Below are positions 1 to 9,885 of a stretch of DNA of 64,000 bases, piece after piece; the stretch's first letter is position 1, and each line of letters begins with the position of its first letter. The position numbers were made by a program, and so were the translations under genes. Source of the DNA: Dehalococcoidia bacterium (GTDB lineage: Bacteria > Chloroflexota > Dehalococcoidia > SM23-28-2 > WHTN01); contig WHTN01000003.1 in NCBI GenBank assembly GCA_009377715.1, positions 14,396 through 78,395 on the forward strand. Reading direction: 5' to 3'. Below the pieces are notes generated by a model. That model saw only the letters and a list, made by a program, of their open reading frames with translations, made no database searches and had not been told where the DNA came from.

Positions 1-1080
1 CTGGCTGTATGCCAGCGCCGGCATCACCGTAGGCACGCCATCCAGCGCTGAGCGCTCGACCCCTCGCTCGGCCTGCTTTAAGATGTCCCAGCGCTGCTCC
101 ACCTCGCGGGCGGTCGAAGCTGCCTCGTCGCCGAAGACGTGAGGATGACGCCGGACGAGCTTGCTGGCGATGCCGTACGCCAGATCGCCTAGATCGAATT
201 CGCCCTCATCCTCAGCGACCTGCGTTTGAAGGAGCACTTCGAAAAGCACATCGCCGAACTCCTCTTGCATCTTTGCCGGATCGCCCTCGTCCAGGGCTTC
301 CAGCGCTTCGTACGTCTCTTCGAGTAGGAACGGCTTGAGAGACGTGTGCGTCTGCGCTCGGTCCCACGGACAGCCGTCCGCGCCTCGTAGGTACGAGACG
401 ATACTGTGCAGCCCGTCCAACGTCCGCAGATTGCGCGTAAGCTCCAGCCGGGGGACGTAGAGACAGATCGACGAGTTCGAATTCGCGAGGCTATCCAGTT
501 CGCCGACGGATAACGAGCCTGTGACCTGACCTTTATTCACATCGACGATAGATAATTGATGGTCGGCAGGATAAGACTTCAGCAGTTGCTCTCGCAATCC
601 GCTCACTCCGGCATGGCCCACACCGAGGATTAGTACGGAGCGGCCAGGGGCGAACTTCGGCGCTATGGCATCGAATATCTGCACACTCTCGGCTACGAGG
701 TCGAGGCCAAGGGCGGTGCAGGCGATCTCTATCTGGCTAACGCCGTGAACGATGCGATAGTCGATACTTTCTTCCATGCACCGCTCGATCAGGCTCGCCA
801 CCGTCGCGTTTCCTACTAACGGGTGTCCCGGCACCGCATAAACAACGTCGCTCGACGATCTAGCCACAGATAGCAGTTCCTCGACGACGCTTTGCATCAC
901 GTGCTCTCCGTACAGCGCATGATCGAAGCTGTGTACCCGGGTATGCTGGCTCGGTGTGAAAGCACCCCGATCTTCGGAGGTTAGCGTGTATACCTCCTCC
1001 GCCGTCTCGAGGATATTCCGGGCCTCTCCGGTAAGTAGGGTAGCTGGGCCTGGGCCAAGTCCGACGATCGTAATGCTCAT
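1..1080 (-). CDS. Tetrapyrrole methylase/MazG fusion protein (YabN-like NTP pyrophosphohydrolase). The C-terminal end runs off the window.
   Basis: Reverse translation from 1080 gives MSITIVGLGPGPATLLTGEA (methylase N-terminus). The window start reads ...HPHVFGDEAASTAREVEQRWDILKQAE (MazG motif). It is absent from the ORF track only because it is truncated at the edge. Confidence 0.75.
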   Translation of the reverse strand, partial: MSITIVGLGPGPATLLTGEARNILETAEEVYTLTSEDRGAFTPSQHTRVHSFDHALYGEHVMQSVVEELLSVARSSSDVVYAVPGHPLVGNATVASLIERCMEESIDYRIVHGVSQIEIACTALGLDLVAESVQIFDAIAPKFAPGRSVLILGVGHAGVSGLREQLLKSYPADHQLSIVDVNKGQVTGSLSVGELDSLANSNSSICLYVPRLELTRNLRTLDGLHSIVSYLRGADGCPWDRAQTHTSLKPFLLEETYEALEALDEGDPAKMQEEFGDVLFEVLLQTQVAEDEGEFDLGDLAYGIASKLVRRHPHVFGDEAASTAREVEQRWDILKQAERGVERSALDGVPTVMPALAYSQ

Positions 1081-1151
1081 GTCTTTCCTCGCTTGTAACA
1101 GCTTTTGGGCTGATCAATCATGATAATGGGCATGATAATAGGTGAAATCGA

Positions 1152-1898
1152 GTGATTCTGTCGTTGACGTTACTGAGCAGGGTTGCAACGGTCGTGTTCG
1201 TGGTCTGCATTCCTATCCTGCTGATCGCCAGTAACGTTCGTTACGCGGCTAATGAGGAGCGTCTTTACCAGTATAGCTTCGATCAATACGATGCCGAAAG
1301 CGTAACTGGGATACCGAGGCGTGAGTTAGACAGGGCCGCCAGCGAACTGGTCCAGTACTTTAACGATGACCAGCATGCCATCGCGACCCGAGTCACTGCT
1401 GAGTCCGGCGAAGAGATATCGCTGTACAATGATAGAGAGACGCTACATCTCATCGATGTAAAGGCGCTCTTTAGACTGGTCTTCCGGCTCCAGGAACTAG
1501 CGCTGGTTGTAGCTCTTACCTACGTGGCCTTTTTCTTCATCCTGAGAAGGTGGACGCAACCCAGCCGGCTTGCTACAGAAGTCATGACCGGGGCGATGTT
1601 GACCGTGGCGATCGTCCTGGGCCTGGGAGCCTTCGCCCTCATCGGTTTCGACGATCTTTTCAGGCGCTTCCATCTCCTGGCCTTCACAAACGACCTCTGG
1701 CAGTTGAACCCGCGTACAGACCGCCTGATCCAGATGTTCCCGCAGGGCTTTTGGTTCGACGTTACCCTGCTGATCGGCGTACTGATGGTGTTAGAGGCTA
1801 CCGTTTTGAGCCTACCGGCCTTTGCTTACTTGCGCTGGTCTCAGCGCCATGAAGAGCACTCTCTAGAAGAGGAAAAGGCCTCCCGAACTTCGAAGTAA
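1152..1898 (+). CDS. Integral membrane protein, TIGR01906/DUF1461-like
   Basis: 248 aa with a GTG start and several predicted TM helices. General resemblance to the DUF1461 membrane family. Confidence 0.5.
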   Translation: MILSLTLLSRVATVVFVVCIPILLIASNVRYAANEERLYQYSFDQYDAESVTGIPRRELDRAASELVQYFNDDQHAIATRVTAESGEEISLYNDRETLHLIDVKALFRLVFRLQELALVVALTYVAFFFILRRWTQPSRLATEVMTGAMLTVAIVLGLGAFALIGFDDLFRRFHLLAFTNDLWQLNPRTDRLIQMFPQGFWFDVTLLIGVLMVLEATVLSLPAFAYLRWSQRHEEHSLEEEKASRTSK

Positions 1899-1901
1899 CG
1901 C

Positions 1902-3188
1902 TTATCCTTGCGCCATTAGACTTTCGAGCACGTACATGCCCATCTGTGCTGCTTCGGAGAGAAGCTCCGGTTGGATGATATCGGCAGTGTCTTGGGGCGT
2001 ATGGATGGGCGGACTATCTAAGATAGTGATGAACACGGCCGGAATGTTGGCGTTGATGAAGCTGGCGTGATCGCTATTGATGCCGGATGGGAGGTTGCCG
2101 GCCGCCGCGTCGATCCCCAACTCATCGGCGTCTTCATTCGCCAACTCTACTAGATCCTGTGAGCCGATAAGCGACCACCCGTTGCCTGCGCCTACTACAT
2201 CAAGATTGATCATTCCGCGTAGCTCTTGCCTTTGCTCCTGCGAAAGGGACGATACGAAGTGCAGGCTGCCCAATAAGCCGATCTCCTCCGCGCCGAAGGC
2301 AAGGAAGCAGGCGCCATCCATTTGGCCTCGCGCGGCGGTCGCTCGCGCCATCTCGAGGACGGCGGCCGTTCCGGACGCGTTATCATTGCCCCCGGGCGCA
2401 ATCTCCACGGAGTCGTAGTGGCCGCCGACTACTACTTCGCAATCGCCGTCTGTTGGGCGGCCGATAACGTTTTGTGAGCTGGAGGCAACCGTCTCAATGC
2501 TAACGCTGACCGTTACCACTGTCCGTCCCGCGTCGACCAGACGTTGTAACTCTAGACCGTCTTCCCGCGATATGCCCACAACTGGGATGTTCACCAACGT
2601 TGAGAGCGCGCCCTGGAAAAAGCTGGGCTGGTGATTGTATACGATCACCGCGCTCGCGCCCGCGTTTAGCGCGTTGCTGACTTTGTCCGAGAAGGTGAGC
2701 TCGCCGCGCTGGATTAAAGCGATTCGCCCCTGCAGCCCCCCGGCCGGAAAGTCCTCAGGCCTACCGATACCGGCCGAGACGACTTCGCCGCTTACTTGAT
2801 TTTGTCCGCTGTTATCGAGAGCTCGCGCCATGAAGGCGAGGGACTGAGGGACCGAAACCGCGAGCGAAGTATCTTCGATCCTCTCGTCGAACGGGAATTC
2901 CTGTAGCTCTACCTCATAGCCATAGCTGCTTAACTGCTCGCCGATGTATTCGGCCGCTTCGAGCTCGCTCGGCTTGCCGGCTGGTCTCGGCCCGATCTCT
3001 CCGGCGAGCGCTTGTACATGTTCGAAAGCGCTCTCGCCATCGATCTCCGTGCTGGTATTAAAGTTGGGCGTAGGCCTAACTGTAGACGTCGATGAAGGAC
3101 TGTTTGGTGAAAAATTAGAGCCGCGGCAGCCGGCGGATACAACCGCCAGGGACAAGATGAGGCAAAGCAGTGTTAATTTCCAAACCAT
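1902..3188 (-). CDS. M28 family aminopeptidase with PA domain, lipoprotein
   Basis: N-terminal signal plus lipobox (LAVVSAGC). PA domain followed by M28 Zn-peptidase motifs (HYDS, NDNASG, EE pair). Confidence 0.8.
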   Translation of the reverse strand: MVWKLTLLCLILSLAVVSAGCRGSNFSPNSPSSTSTVRPTPNFNTSTEIDGESAFEHVQALAGEIGPRPAGKPSELEAAEYIGEQLSSYGYEVELQEFPFDERIEDTSLAVSVPQSLAFMARALDNSGQNQVSGEVVSAGIGRPEDFPAGGLQGRIALIQRGELTFSDKVSNALNAGASAVIVYNHQPSFFQGALSTLVNIPVVGISREDGLELQRLVDAGRTVVTVSVSIETVASSSQNVIGRPTDGDCEVVVGGHYDSVEIAPGGNDNASGTAAVLEMARATAARGQMDGACFLAFGAEEIGLLGSLHFVSSLSQEQRQELRGMINLDVVGAGNGWSLIGSQDLVELANEDADELGIDAAAGNLPSGINSDHASFINANIPAVFITILDSPPIHTPQDTADIIQPELLSEAAQMGMYVLESLMAQG

Positions 3189-3229
3189 CTGCTATGTATA
3201 CGTAAACGACCGGCTGGAAGGTTTGCTTT

Positions 3230-3631
3230 CTAGCGTTGACGCCGTGTACGGCGCTGTTGCCACCACCGCTTTAGTCGGTCGCCGGGGCCAGGGCCTGGGG
3301 CCTGAAGATCGAGCGTCCTTCCCCGCCAACGCATCTCCGAACGGTACTGGCTGCGACGGAAAGAGAGGATAAAGGCTCCGAAAAAGAGCGCTAGACCGGC
3401 ATAAACGGTGTAAGGCGTAGTTGAGGAGAAGAAAAAGGCGATAAATAGCAGGGAGATGCCGAGAAACATCACTTGCGCCAGGGAGACATGGGGTAACCGT
3501 AAGCTGTGGCGTAAGTTAGCAAAAGCGCGTCCCCATCCTCTGATCTTACGATGCAGCCGCCGGCGTCTAGGCGTGGCTTTATCGTAGCGATTGAGGATCT
3601 CTTCTATCTCTCGCTGGAGTCTACTGGACAT
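3230..3631 (-). CDS. Hypothetical small membrane protein, Arg-rich termini
   Basis: ORF with two hydrophobic helices. No recognisable family. Confidence 0.35.
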   Translation of the reverse strand: MSSRLQREIEEILNRYDKATPRRRRLHRKIRGWGRAFANLRHSLRLPHVSLAQVMFLGISLLFIAFFFSSTTPYTVYAGLALFFGAFILSFRRSQYRSEMRWRGRTLDLQAPGPGPGDRLKRWWQQRRTRRQR

Positions 3632-3825
3632 GCAGTTTGCCGCTCCCTTAGTGGCGATATTTTACACTGTCCATTTAAAATGCGTCTATCGCTTACCGAC
3701 ATGCCGTCATAATACATAATAAGGCATAGCCATCGAATTACAAGCGTAAGAATCGCCCCTGATCGATTTACGCTGGTTATGCCGCGCGCAGATGCAGGCT
3801 CCCTATGCACCTGTTTCAATTTAGT

Positions 3826-3880
3826 CTTGTCTAACTTTTTTGCTATACTGTTTTCAACTCACAAGACAAGTGATCACAAG
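3826..3880 (+). promoter_or_regulatory. Putative sigma70-like promoter (TTGTCT ... TATACT) embedded in a palindrome (CTTGTCT...AGACAAG), upstream of the alpha/beta hydrolase
   Basis: AT-rich upstream region. -35/-10-like hexamers at the right spacing, flanked by an inverted repeat suggestive of an operator. Confidence 0.3.
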
Positions 3881-4628
3881 CATGCTCGTACAGGCAGTAG
3901 ATAAGTTCGTCGATCTTCGAGGGCTAGCGTTTCATTACCGCGACTGGGGAGCCTCCGGACGTCCGTTAGTGCTTCTACACGGCTTAGCGTCGAGCAGCCA
4001 CATCTGGAATCTCAGCGCGCCCGTACTCGCCGAGCGTTTTACAGTCCTGGCGCTCGATCAGCGGGGGCATGGCGAAAGCGCACGGCCTGATGACGGTTAC
4101 GATTTCGATTCTGTATCGGGCGATCTCGATGCTTTTATTACCGCATTAGACCTCGAGGCTCCGGTGCTCGTCGGCCACTCATGGGGCGGCAGCGTCGTTG
4201 TGCATTATGCTGCCAGTCACCCCGATAAGGTAGCAGGCATCGTATTGGTGGACGGCGGTTTTACGGAAATGTCATCGCGCGAGGAGATGACCTGGGAACG
4301 GGTGGAGCGCGACCTCTCTCCTCCAGACTTTATAGGCGTAACAGTGGATGCCTTCAAGGAGAGGGCGCGCGGTTGGGCTTTGGGAGGCTTGTGGCGACCC
4401 GAAATCGAAAAGGCCGTTTTGGCCAATTTCGAGGTCCTGGATGACGGCACTATCCGGGCTAGGTTATCCCGTGACCGCCATATGAAGATCTTGCGTTCCC
4501 TTTGGGAAGTGAAGTCCTCAGCGCTCTACGGTCGGATCGAATGCCCCGTCTTCCTCGTGCCTGCGGTGCAGGACCCCGTCGATGAACGGATGGCCCGGCG
4601 TATGCAGGGCAAAAAGGAAGGCGTCTAG
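3840..4628 (+). CDS. Alpha/beta hydrolase fold protein (likely ATG start at 3882). Interrupted by an in-frame TAG at 4626-4628; the conserved C-terminus continues in the same frame to 4752.
   Basis: HGLASSSHIW oxyanion region and GHSWGG nucleophile elbow. After the TAG the same frame reads ...RVLWMEDTIHDVPLQRPEALASAIGDFVAEDVDGA*, the canonical His-loop C-terminus. Confidence 0.7.
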   Translation: MLYCFQLTRQVITSMLVQAVDKFVDLRGLAFHYRDWGASGRPLVLLHGLASSSHIWNLSAPVLAERFTVLALDQRGHGESARPDDGYDFDSVSGDLDAFITALDLEAPVLVGHSWGGSVVVHYAASHPDKVAGIVLVDGGFTEMSSREEMTWERVERDLSPPDFIGVTVDAFKERARGWALGGLWRPEIEKAVLANFEVLDDGTIRARLSRDRHMKILRSLWEVKSSALYGRIECPVFLVPAVQDPVDERMARRMQGKKEGV

Positions 4629-4755
4629 AATGCTACAAACATGCTTCTCCATTCGCGTGTGCTTTGGATGGAGGACACTATTCACGACGTACCCCTGCAG
4701 CGTCCCGAAGCGCTTGCCAGTGCTATCGGCGATTTTGTCGCGGAAGACGTGGACG

Positions 4756-5080
4756 GAGCATAACTTTGGCGCAAGAACAGGCGAACCACGTCTCCAACGC
4801 CGACATCCGCAACAAACTCCAGGTCCAACTCGATGGTCTGGCCTATCTGTGGGGCACCGGCCCGGTGCCAACGGATTACGCTCAGTGGGTAGACAAGACC
4901 CTTCACCTCTTAAAATCGTCTTTCGGTGAGGGATCGTCGACCGTGACAGACTTTTTGGAAGCCATCGGGGAAGGTGGCTCTTCGGTAGCGCAGAGGCTTC
5001 CGCTGTACGGGCCTTGGGGTCTTTGGGAACGGATGCGTTCTGCTGAAGTCGTCCTCAGCAAGGCGCTAGGTGAACTTTAG
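4756..5080 (+). CDS. Hypothetical protein (possible TTG start)
   Basis: ORF downstream of the hydrolase. No family recognised. The upstream part of the listed ORF overlaps the hydrolase C-terminus. Confidence 0.25.
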
Positions 5081-5081
5081 G

Positions 5082-5822
5082 TCATTCTAGGTCGGTTGTC
5101 TTAGCCTCAGACTGTCGAACTTGCTTTTCCTTTTGGGTGGCCGCGCTGGCTATCGCTTCTGCCGTAGCTTCTAATGGCAGGCGGCCTGTATTGATTATAA
5201 GGTCGTAGAGTTTGTTATCGTAGACGTCTGCCTTAAAGACGCTGCGATGGAAACCTGCCCAGCCCTTCTCGTGGTCTTTAGCTTGTGAAGTTGCGGCCTG
5301 CTGTGATACGTGTTCACGCTCCATGATCCAGCTTACACGGTCTTCTAACGGCGCGACGCATAAACAGTGAAGCGCTGTAGGAAGGTCTTTTAATACAACT
5401 TGTCCGCCCCGCCCTGCTATTAGGATGTTGCCCTTCGAGGCGAGTTCGTCGAGTATCGAGGTAATGGTTGCTGCGTAACGTCCTTCATCCACGCTACCCT
5501 GGCCTGCTCGCGGCGCCTCAGCTAGCTCGTCGTAGCTGCGTGTGAGTAGCACCTCCAGGCCGGTGTTGCCGATAAAAGGATCGCCTGCGCCTGCCGTCGC
5601 TGATCGTTCAAGGAAGTTTCGTAGTACGCCGGCGAAGCGTTCGCCTCGGCTGGTGACGTGTTCCTCTCGCAGTGCCATCACATCAACCGGCACGCCAAGT
5701 CTCTTAGACGCGTCGACTATGATCGCCTGGTCGAGATAGTCGATGTCCAGTATCTCGGCGACCCTGGCCCCGATCTCTCTCGGCCGAGCTCCAAGCGGTC
5801 CGCTGATCGTAATTATGGGCAT
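5082..5822 (-). CDS. Cytidylate kinase-like family (P-loop) protein
   Basis: N-terminus ITISGPLGARPREIG resembles the cytidylate-kinase-like AAA family. Confidence 0.55.
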   Translation of the reverse strand: MPIITISGPLGARPREIGARVAEILDIDYLDQAIIVDASKRLGVPVDVMALREEHVTSRGERFAGVLRNFLERSATAGAGDPFIGNTGLEVLLTRSYDELAEAPRAGQGSVDEGRYAATITSILDELASKGNILIAGRGGQVVLKDLPTALHCLCVAPLEDRVSWIMEREHVSQQAATSQAKDHEKGWAGFHRSVFKADVYDNKLYDLIINTGRLPLEATAEAIASAATQKEKQVRQSEAKTTDLE

Positions 5823-5895
5823 ATAGTCCTCCTTGGCGTCCTTTCGGCAGATGACAGCTTAGAATATCATCCTGATTGAAGGCATATACCATACT

Positions 5896-6780
5896 GTGGT
5901 GTATGTCAATAGAGCGAATATGTTTCTTTTTGCGCTTGCGATTGTAGCTATGGCCTTAGCCGGCATAAGTTGGATTGGCTCCAACCGCGTGATCCATCCC
6001 AAACGTCAGATAGAGCGGTATAAGCCGGAGGACTTCGCTTTACTAGTGGAGGACGTAACTTTCTTAAGCGCCGACGATATCCTGCTATCGGGATGGTTCG
6101 TGCCCGGACACAACGGAGCGACCGTGATCCTCCTCCATGGCTACGGACGCAGCCGTGGAGAGCTTCTGCCTCAGGCGGCTTTCCTATATCGCGCCGGCTA
6201 TTCGGTATTGCTCTTCGACTTTCGCCACCGCGGCAGCAGCGGCGGCGATAGCGTAACCTTAGGCGCTAAAGAGCCACTCGACGTATTCGGAGCGTTGCAT
6301 TACCTCCAGAGCCGGCCAGAGGTAGACCCGAATAGGATCGGCGTAATGGGAGTTTCGCTGGGGGCCTCTGTGGGGATAATCGCTGCCGCTGTCACACCGG
6401 GAATAAAATTAGTCATCGCCGAAGGAGCTTTTCAGACGCTTCGGAGCGTGGTGGAAAGAGGGATGCGATCTTTCATCGGGCTGCCCGCTTTTCCCTTCGC
6501 CATAACCATACGCGCCATAACCGAGCGCCGGTTGCAAGTCAGCATTGACGATATCGAACCAGAAAACGTTATCGGCCAGATTACTCCCCGTCCGGTGATG
6601 CTAATACATGGCGTCGCCGACGAGCAGATCCCTTTCGAATCCGCGCGGACGCTGTACTGGCGAGCGAAGGAGCCGAAGATTATGTGGCTCGTGTCCGGCG
6701 CTCCGCACGCGGTTGCCTACCAGCACGATCCACAAGAGTTCGAGAGGAGAGTGCTGGAGTTCTTAGAAGAACACTTATAA
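5896..6780 (+). CDS. Membrane-anchored alpha/beta hydrolase (S9/dienelactone-hydrolase-like)
   Basis: N-terminal TM helix. HGYGRSRG and GVSLGASVG nucleophile motif. C-terminal HGVADEQIP plus His. Confidence 0.7.
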   Translation: MVYVNRANMFLFALAIVAMALAGISWIGSNRVIHPKRQIERYKPEDFALLVEDVTFLSADDILLSGWFVPGHNGATVILLHGYGRSRGELLPQAAFLYRAGYSVLLFDFRHRGSSGGDSVTLGAKEPLDVFGALHYLQSRPEVDPNRIGVMGVSLGASVGIIAAAVTPGIKLVIAEGAFQTLRSVVERGMRSFIGLPAFPFAITIRAITERRLQVSIDDIEPENVIGQITPRPVMLIHGVADEQIPFESARTLYWRAKEPKIMWLVSGAPHAVAYQHDPQEFERRVLEFLEEHL

Positions 6781-6782
6781 CC

Positions 6783-7658
6783 CTAGATGCTCGGCTCGGC
6801 CTCGAATGATACGGGGTCCAGGCCGGCAAGCTCCCGTAGTATATTGATGTTCTCTTTGTCCGGACCTTCTTTGTTGAACCCCGGCACTTCTAGCAGGAAC
6901 GGGACGTCTCGCAAGGCGCGATGCCCTAAGATTAGTTCGAAGCCCTCACGCCCGATGTAGCCATCACCGATATTCTCGTGCCGGTCAACGCCGCCGCCGA
7001 GAGGGATTTTGGAGTCGTTAGCATGGATCGCCACCAGCCGGTCTAGGCCTACGTCGCGGTTGAACTCCTCCAACGCCTCCTCCAAGCCGTCCGCTGTGGC
7101 GATGTTGTAGCCTGCCGCGTATGAATGTTGAGTGTCCACGCATACACACAGGCGCTTATCGCCGATCTCCTTGATGATCGTCCCGAGCTGGATGAACTTC
7201 GAACCGATGCCGTCTCCCATGCCGGCGCTGTTCTCTAGGATAAGGCAGGCGTCATCCGGCGAATTCGTGAGGATTTTGGTGATCGACTCGATTATTTGTG
7301 GAAGGACGCTCTCATATCCTGCGCCCTTATGACTGCCGAGGTGGAAGATGACGCCGGTTGCTCCAATTTGCGATGTAGTGTTCATGTCGGAGGCGAGCGC
7401 GTCTTCGGACTTGGTCAAGTTGTCAGGATTGGCGGTCGCAAGATTTACCAGGTAGACGCCATGAATGAACGTAGGCGTCACATCAGCATCCAGCGACTTG
7501 CTTCGGAAAGCCAGTACTTGTTCGTCCGCGAAAATACGCCGCCGCCAGGTCTGAGGCGCCGAGCTAAAGATCTGGATGCAGTTGGCGCCGATCGCCTGTG
7601 CCCTGTCGATGGCCTTATCAATGCCTCCCGAAGTTGATACGTGTGCGCCGATTTTCAT
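6783..7658 (-). CDS. nfo: Endonuclease IV (AP endonuclease family 2)
   Basis: MKIGAHVSTSGG start and conserved His/Asp/Glu metal ligands spaced as in Nfo. Confidence 0.85.
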   Translation of the reverse strand: MKIGAHVSTSGGIDKAIDRAQAIGANCIQIFSSAPQTWRRRIFADEQVLAFRSKSLDADVTPTFIHGVYLVNLATANPDNLTKSEDALASDMNTTSQIGATGVIFHLGSHKGAGYESVLPQIIESITKILTNSPDDACLILENSAGMGDGIGSKFIQLGTIIKEIGDKRLCVCVDTQHSYAAGYNIATADGLEEALEEFNRDVGLDRLVAIHANDSKIPLGGGVDRHENIGDGYIGREGFELILGHRALRDVPFLLEVPGFNKEGPDKENINILRELAGLDPVSFEAEPSI

Positions 7659-7898
7659 ATCTCTCCACCCTCGAAAAGTCTTGCTGAGACAGTTTCTAGC
7701 TAGACGTGTAAGAAAAAACCCTGCGATATTGTATCAGGAGAAGGGTAATGCGGACAGGCCGACTGTCTCTATCCGAGTCTGTTAAGAACTCTCTGCGGTA
7801 CCATTACTGACAAGCCGTGTTTCGTTTCTTGCTTTAGCAGGGGGTTGCAAAGTGGCTATAGGGATCGGGCATAATAAGCCGTTGGACTATAATATTAA

Positions 7899-9656
7899 TT
7901 GCCTATGGTTGGAACTGAAGATACAACTCCTCAGGTGAGCACCTCCCACTTCGCTTTCGATTCCCAGGCTACAATCGCTTACTTCTGTATGGAGATCGCC
8001 CTTGAGCCGGGCATGCCTACTTATAGTGGTGGCTTAGGAGTACTGGCCGGTGATACTTTGCGTGCTGCCGCGGACTTGGGCCTGCCAATAATTGGTGTGA
8101 CGTTGCTGTATCGAAATGGCTATTTCCGCCAGCATCTCGATGAAGCCGGCAATCAGACTGAAAGCCCGGTGCAGTGGTTGCCGGAGCAGTTCCTGGAGCC
8201 GCTGAACGCAAAAGCTTCGGTTGCAATCGAAGGGCGGCGAGTATTCGTAAAGGCCTGGCGCTACGTCATCCGGGGAGAGTCCGGACACGGCGTCACCGTT
8301 TACTTCCTCGATACCGATCTGCCCGAGAACGAGGACTGGGACCGCACCTTAACCGATAATCTTTATGGTGGCGATGCGCACTATCGCTTTTGTCAGGAGG
8401 CCATCCTGGGATTGGGTGGCATTGCTATCCTGTCTTCCTTAGGCCACGAGCGTATCCAAACCTACCACATGAACGAAGGGCATTCCGCTCTCTTGGTGCT
8501 GGGCTTACTGGAGAAGCAGATGTCTGGTCGTGGCCTCGGTGCAGCGACCGTCGCCGATAAAGAGACGGTAAGGAGTCGCTGCGTCTTTACCACTCATACG
8601 CCAGTGTCCGCTGGCCACGACCGTTTTTCGCTCGATCTCGTTAGCCAGGTGTTAGGAGAGGAGATAGCGAATGCCATAATTTCTATGGACGGCGCTGCGG
8701 ATGATCTGCTCAATATGACACTGCTGGCGTTGTCCTTTTCGCATCACATCAATGGCGTAGCCATGCGTCACCGCCAGGTCTCCCGCCAGCTCTTCCCTCG
8801 CTACGATATCGATGCGATCACCAACGGCGTGCACGCTTTCACCTGGACGTCGCTACCATTCATACGCCTTTTCGATAGACATATCCCGCAATGGCGTCGC
8901 GATAATTTCCATCTGCGTTACGCTATGAGCATTCCTCCAGAGGAAGTGCGTGCCGCACATCGTGAAGCGAAACGAGAATTTTTCGCTCAGGTACGGCAAA
9001 GGAACGGAGTCGACTTCGATCTCGACGTTTTCACTATCGGTTTCGCTAGGCGCGCTGCCATCTACAAACGTCCGGCACTATTATTCTCTGACATCGAACG
9101 CCTTCAAAAAATCGTGAGTTCGGTCGGGCCATTGCAAGTGGTCTACGGCGGCAAGGCCCATCCGCATGACGAAGCGGCCAAAGAGCAGATACGTAAAGTT
9201 TTCGAGGCAGCAGACGCGCTCCAGGATAGCGTCCGGGTAATATACATCGAGGATTATGACATTGCGCTGGCCAGGTATTTTTGCTCTGGCGTCGACCTCT
9301 GGCTTAACACGCCAGAGAAGCCTTACGAAGCTTCCGGCACAAGCGGTATGAAAGCAGCGCTGAACGGCGTGCCGAGCTTAAGCGTTCTCGACGGCTGGTG
9401 GCTTGAGGGGCATATAGAAGGCGTCACAGGCTGGGCGATAGGTACCGATGCACCGGATGAGGACAACGTGGAGGACGAATTGGAGTCGATGTACGGCAAG
9501 CTAGAGAAAGTGATCTTGCCCCTGTTCTATAAGCAACCCGATCGTTTCGCCGAAGTGATGCGTTCAACCGCGGCCTATAACGGATCGTTTTTTAATACCC
9601 AACGCATGCTCATACAGTACATGAGGAACATCTACCGCTTAGACCACCAGCCGTAA
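7899..9656 (+). CDS. glgP: Alpha-glucan phosphorylase (GT35, short glycogen phosphorylase type)
   Basis: IAYFCMEIALEPGMPTYSGGLGVLAGD motif and GTSGMKAALNG pyridoxal-phosphate region. Confidence 0.85.
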   Translation: MPMVGTEDTTPQVSTSHFAFDSQATIAYFCMEIALEPGMPTYSGGLGVLAGDTLRAAADLGLPIIGVTLLYRNGYFRQHLDEAGNQTESPVQWLPEQFLEPLNAKASVAIEGRRVFVKAWRYVIRGESGHGVTVYFLDTDLPENEDWDRTLTDNLYGGDAHYRFCQEAILGLGGIAILSSLGHERIQTYHMNEGHSALLVLGLLEKQMSGRGLGAATVADKETVRSRCVFTTHTPVSAGHDRFSLDLVSQVLGEEIANAIISMDGAADDLLNMTLLALSFSHHINGVAMRHRQVSRQLFPRYDIDAITNGVHAFTWTSLPFIRLFDRHIPQWRRDNFHLRYAMSIPPEEVRAAHREAKREFFAQVRQRNGVDFDLDVFTIGFARRAAIYKRPALLFSDIERLQKIVSSVGPLQVVYGGKAHPHDEAAKEQIRKVFEAADALQDSVRVIYIEDYDIALARYFCSGVDLWLNTPEKPYEASGTSGMKAALNGVPSLSVLDGWWLEGHIEGVTGWAIGTDAPDEDNVEDELESMYGKLEKVILPLFYKQPDRFAEVMRSTAAYNGSFFNTQRMLIQYMRNIYRLDHQP

Positions 9657-9660
9657 GGCC

Positions 9661-9832
9661 CGCTCATGGTGAGCCCTTCGCAGGCTCAGAATGTACATGT
9701 CGAACCATGAGCGGTTCTTTTCCGCTCACCCTGAGCTTGTCGAAGGGCCATGCCCCGATTCTTCGCTACGTCATTCTGAACAAAGTGCAGAACCTGAGCA
9801 CCAAAATCGTACGGATTCTTCGTTTCCAGAGA
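9661..9832. repeat. Composite intergenic repeat: inverted-repeat unit CGCTCATGGTGAGCC...GAACCATGAGCGG, family-A module CCGCTCACCCTGAGCTTGTCGAAGGG and family-B module GTCATTCTGAAC...CTGAGCACC
   Basis: The same modules recur at 11037, 22488, 27865, 35720, 35868, 39191, 41189, 43961, 44027, 44117, 52623, 56361 and 59255. Confidence 0.7.
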
Positions 9833-9885
9833 GTTTATCCGAAGCTTGCCGAAAGGGTCAGGTGAACTGAAAATTTAGACAAACG

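Noticed and set aside
860-1117. 85-aa minus-strand ORF from the track
   Set aside because: It is in the wrong frame relative to the clearly conserved YabN/MazG-methylase reading frame that occupies 1..1080. The real gene is unlisted only because it is truncated by the window edge.
4620-4630. Amber (UAG) read-through as pyrrolysine or stop-codon reassignment
   Set aside because: Several neighbouring genes use TAG as a genuine terminator (for example 38566-38568). There is no pyl machinery in the window. A nonsense mutation or base-call error is more parsimonious.
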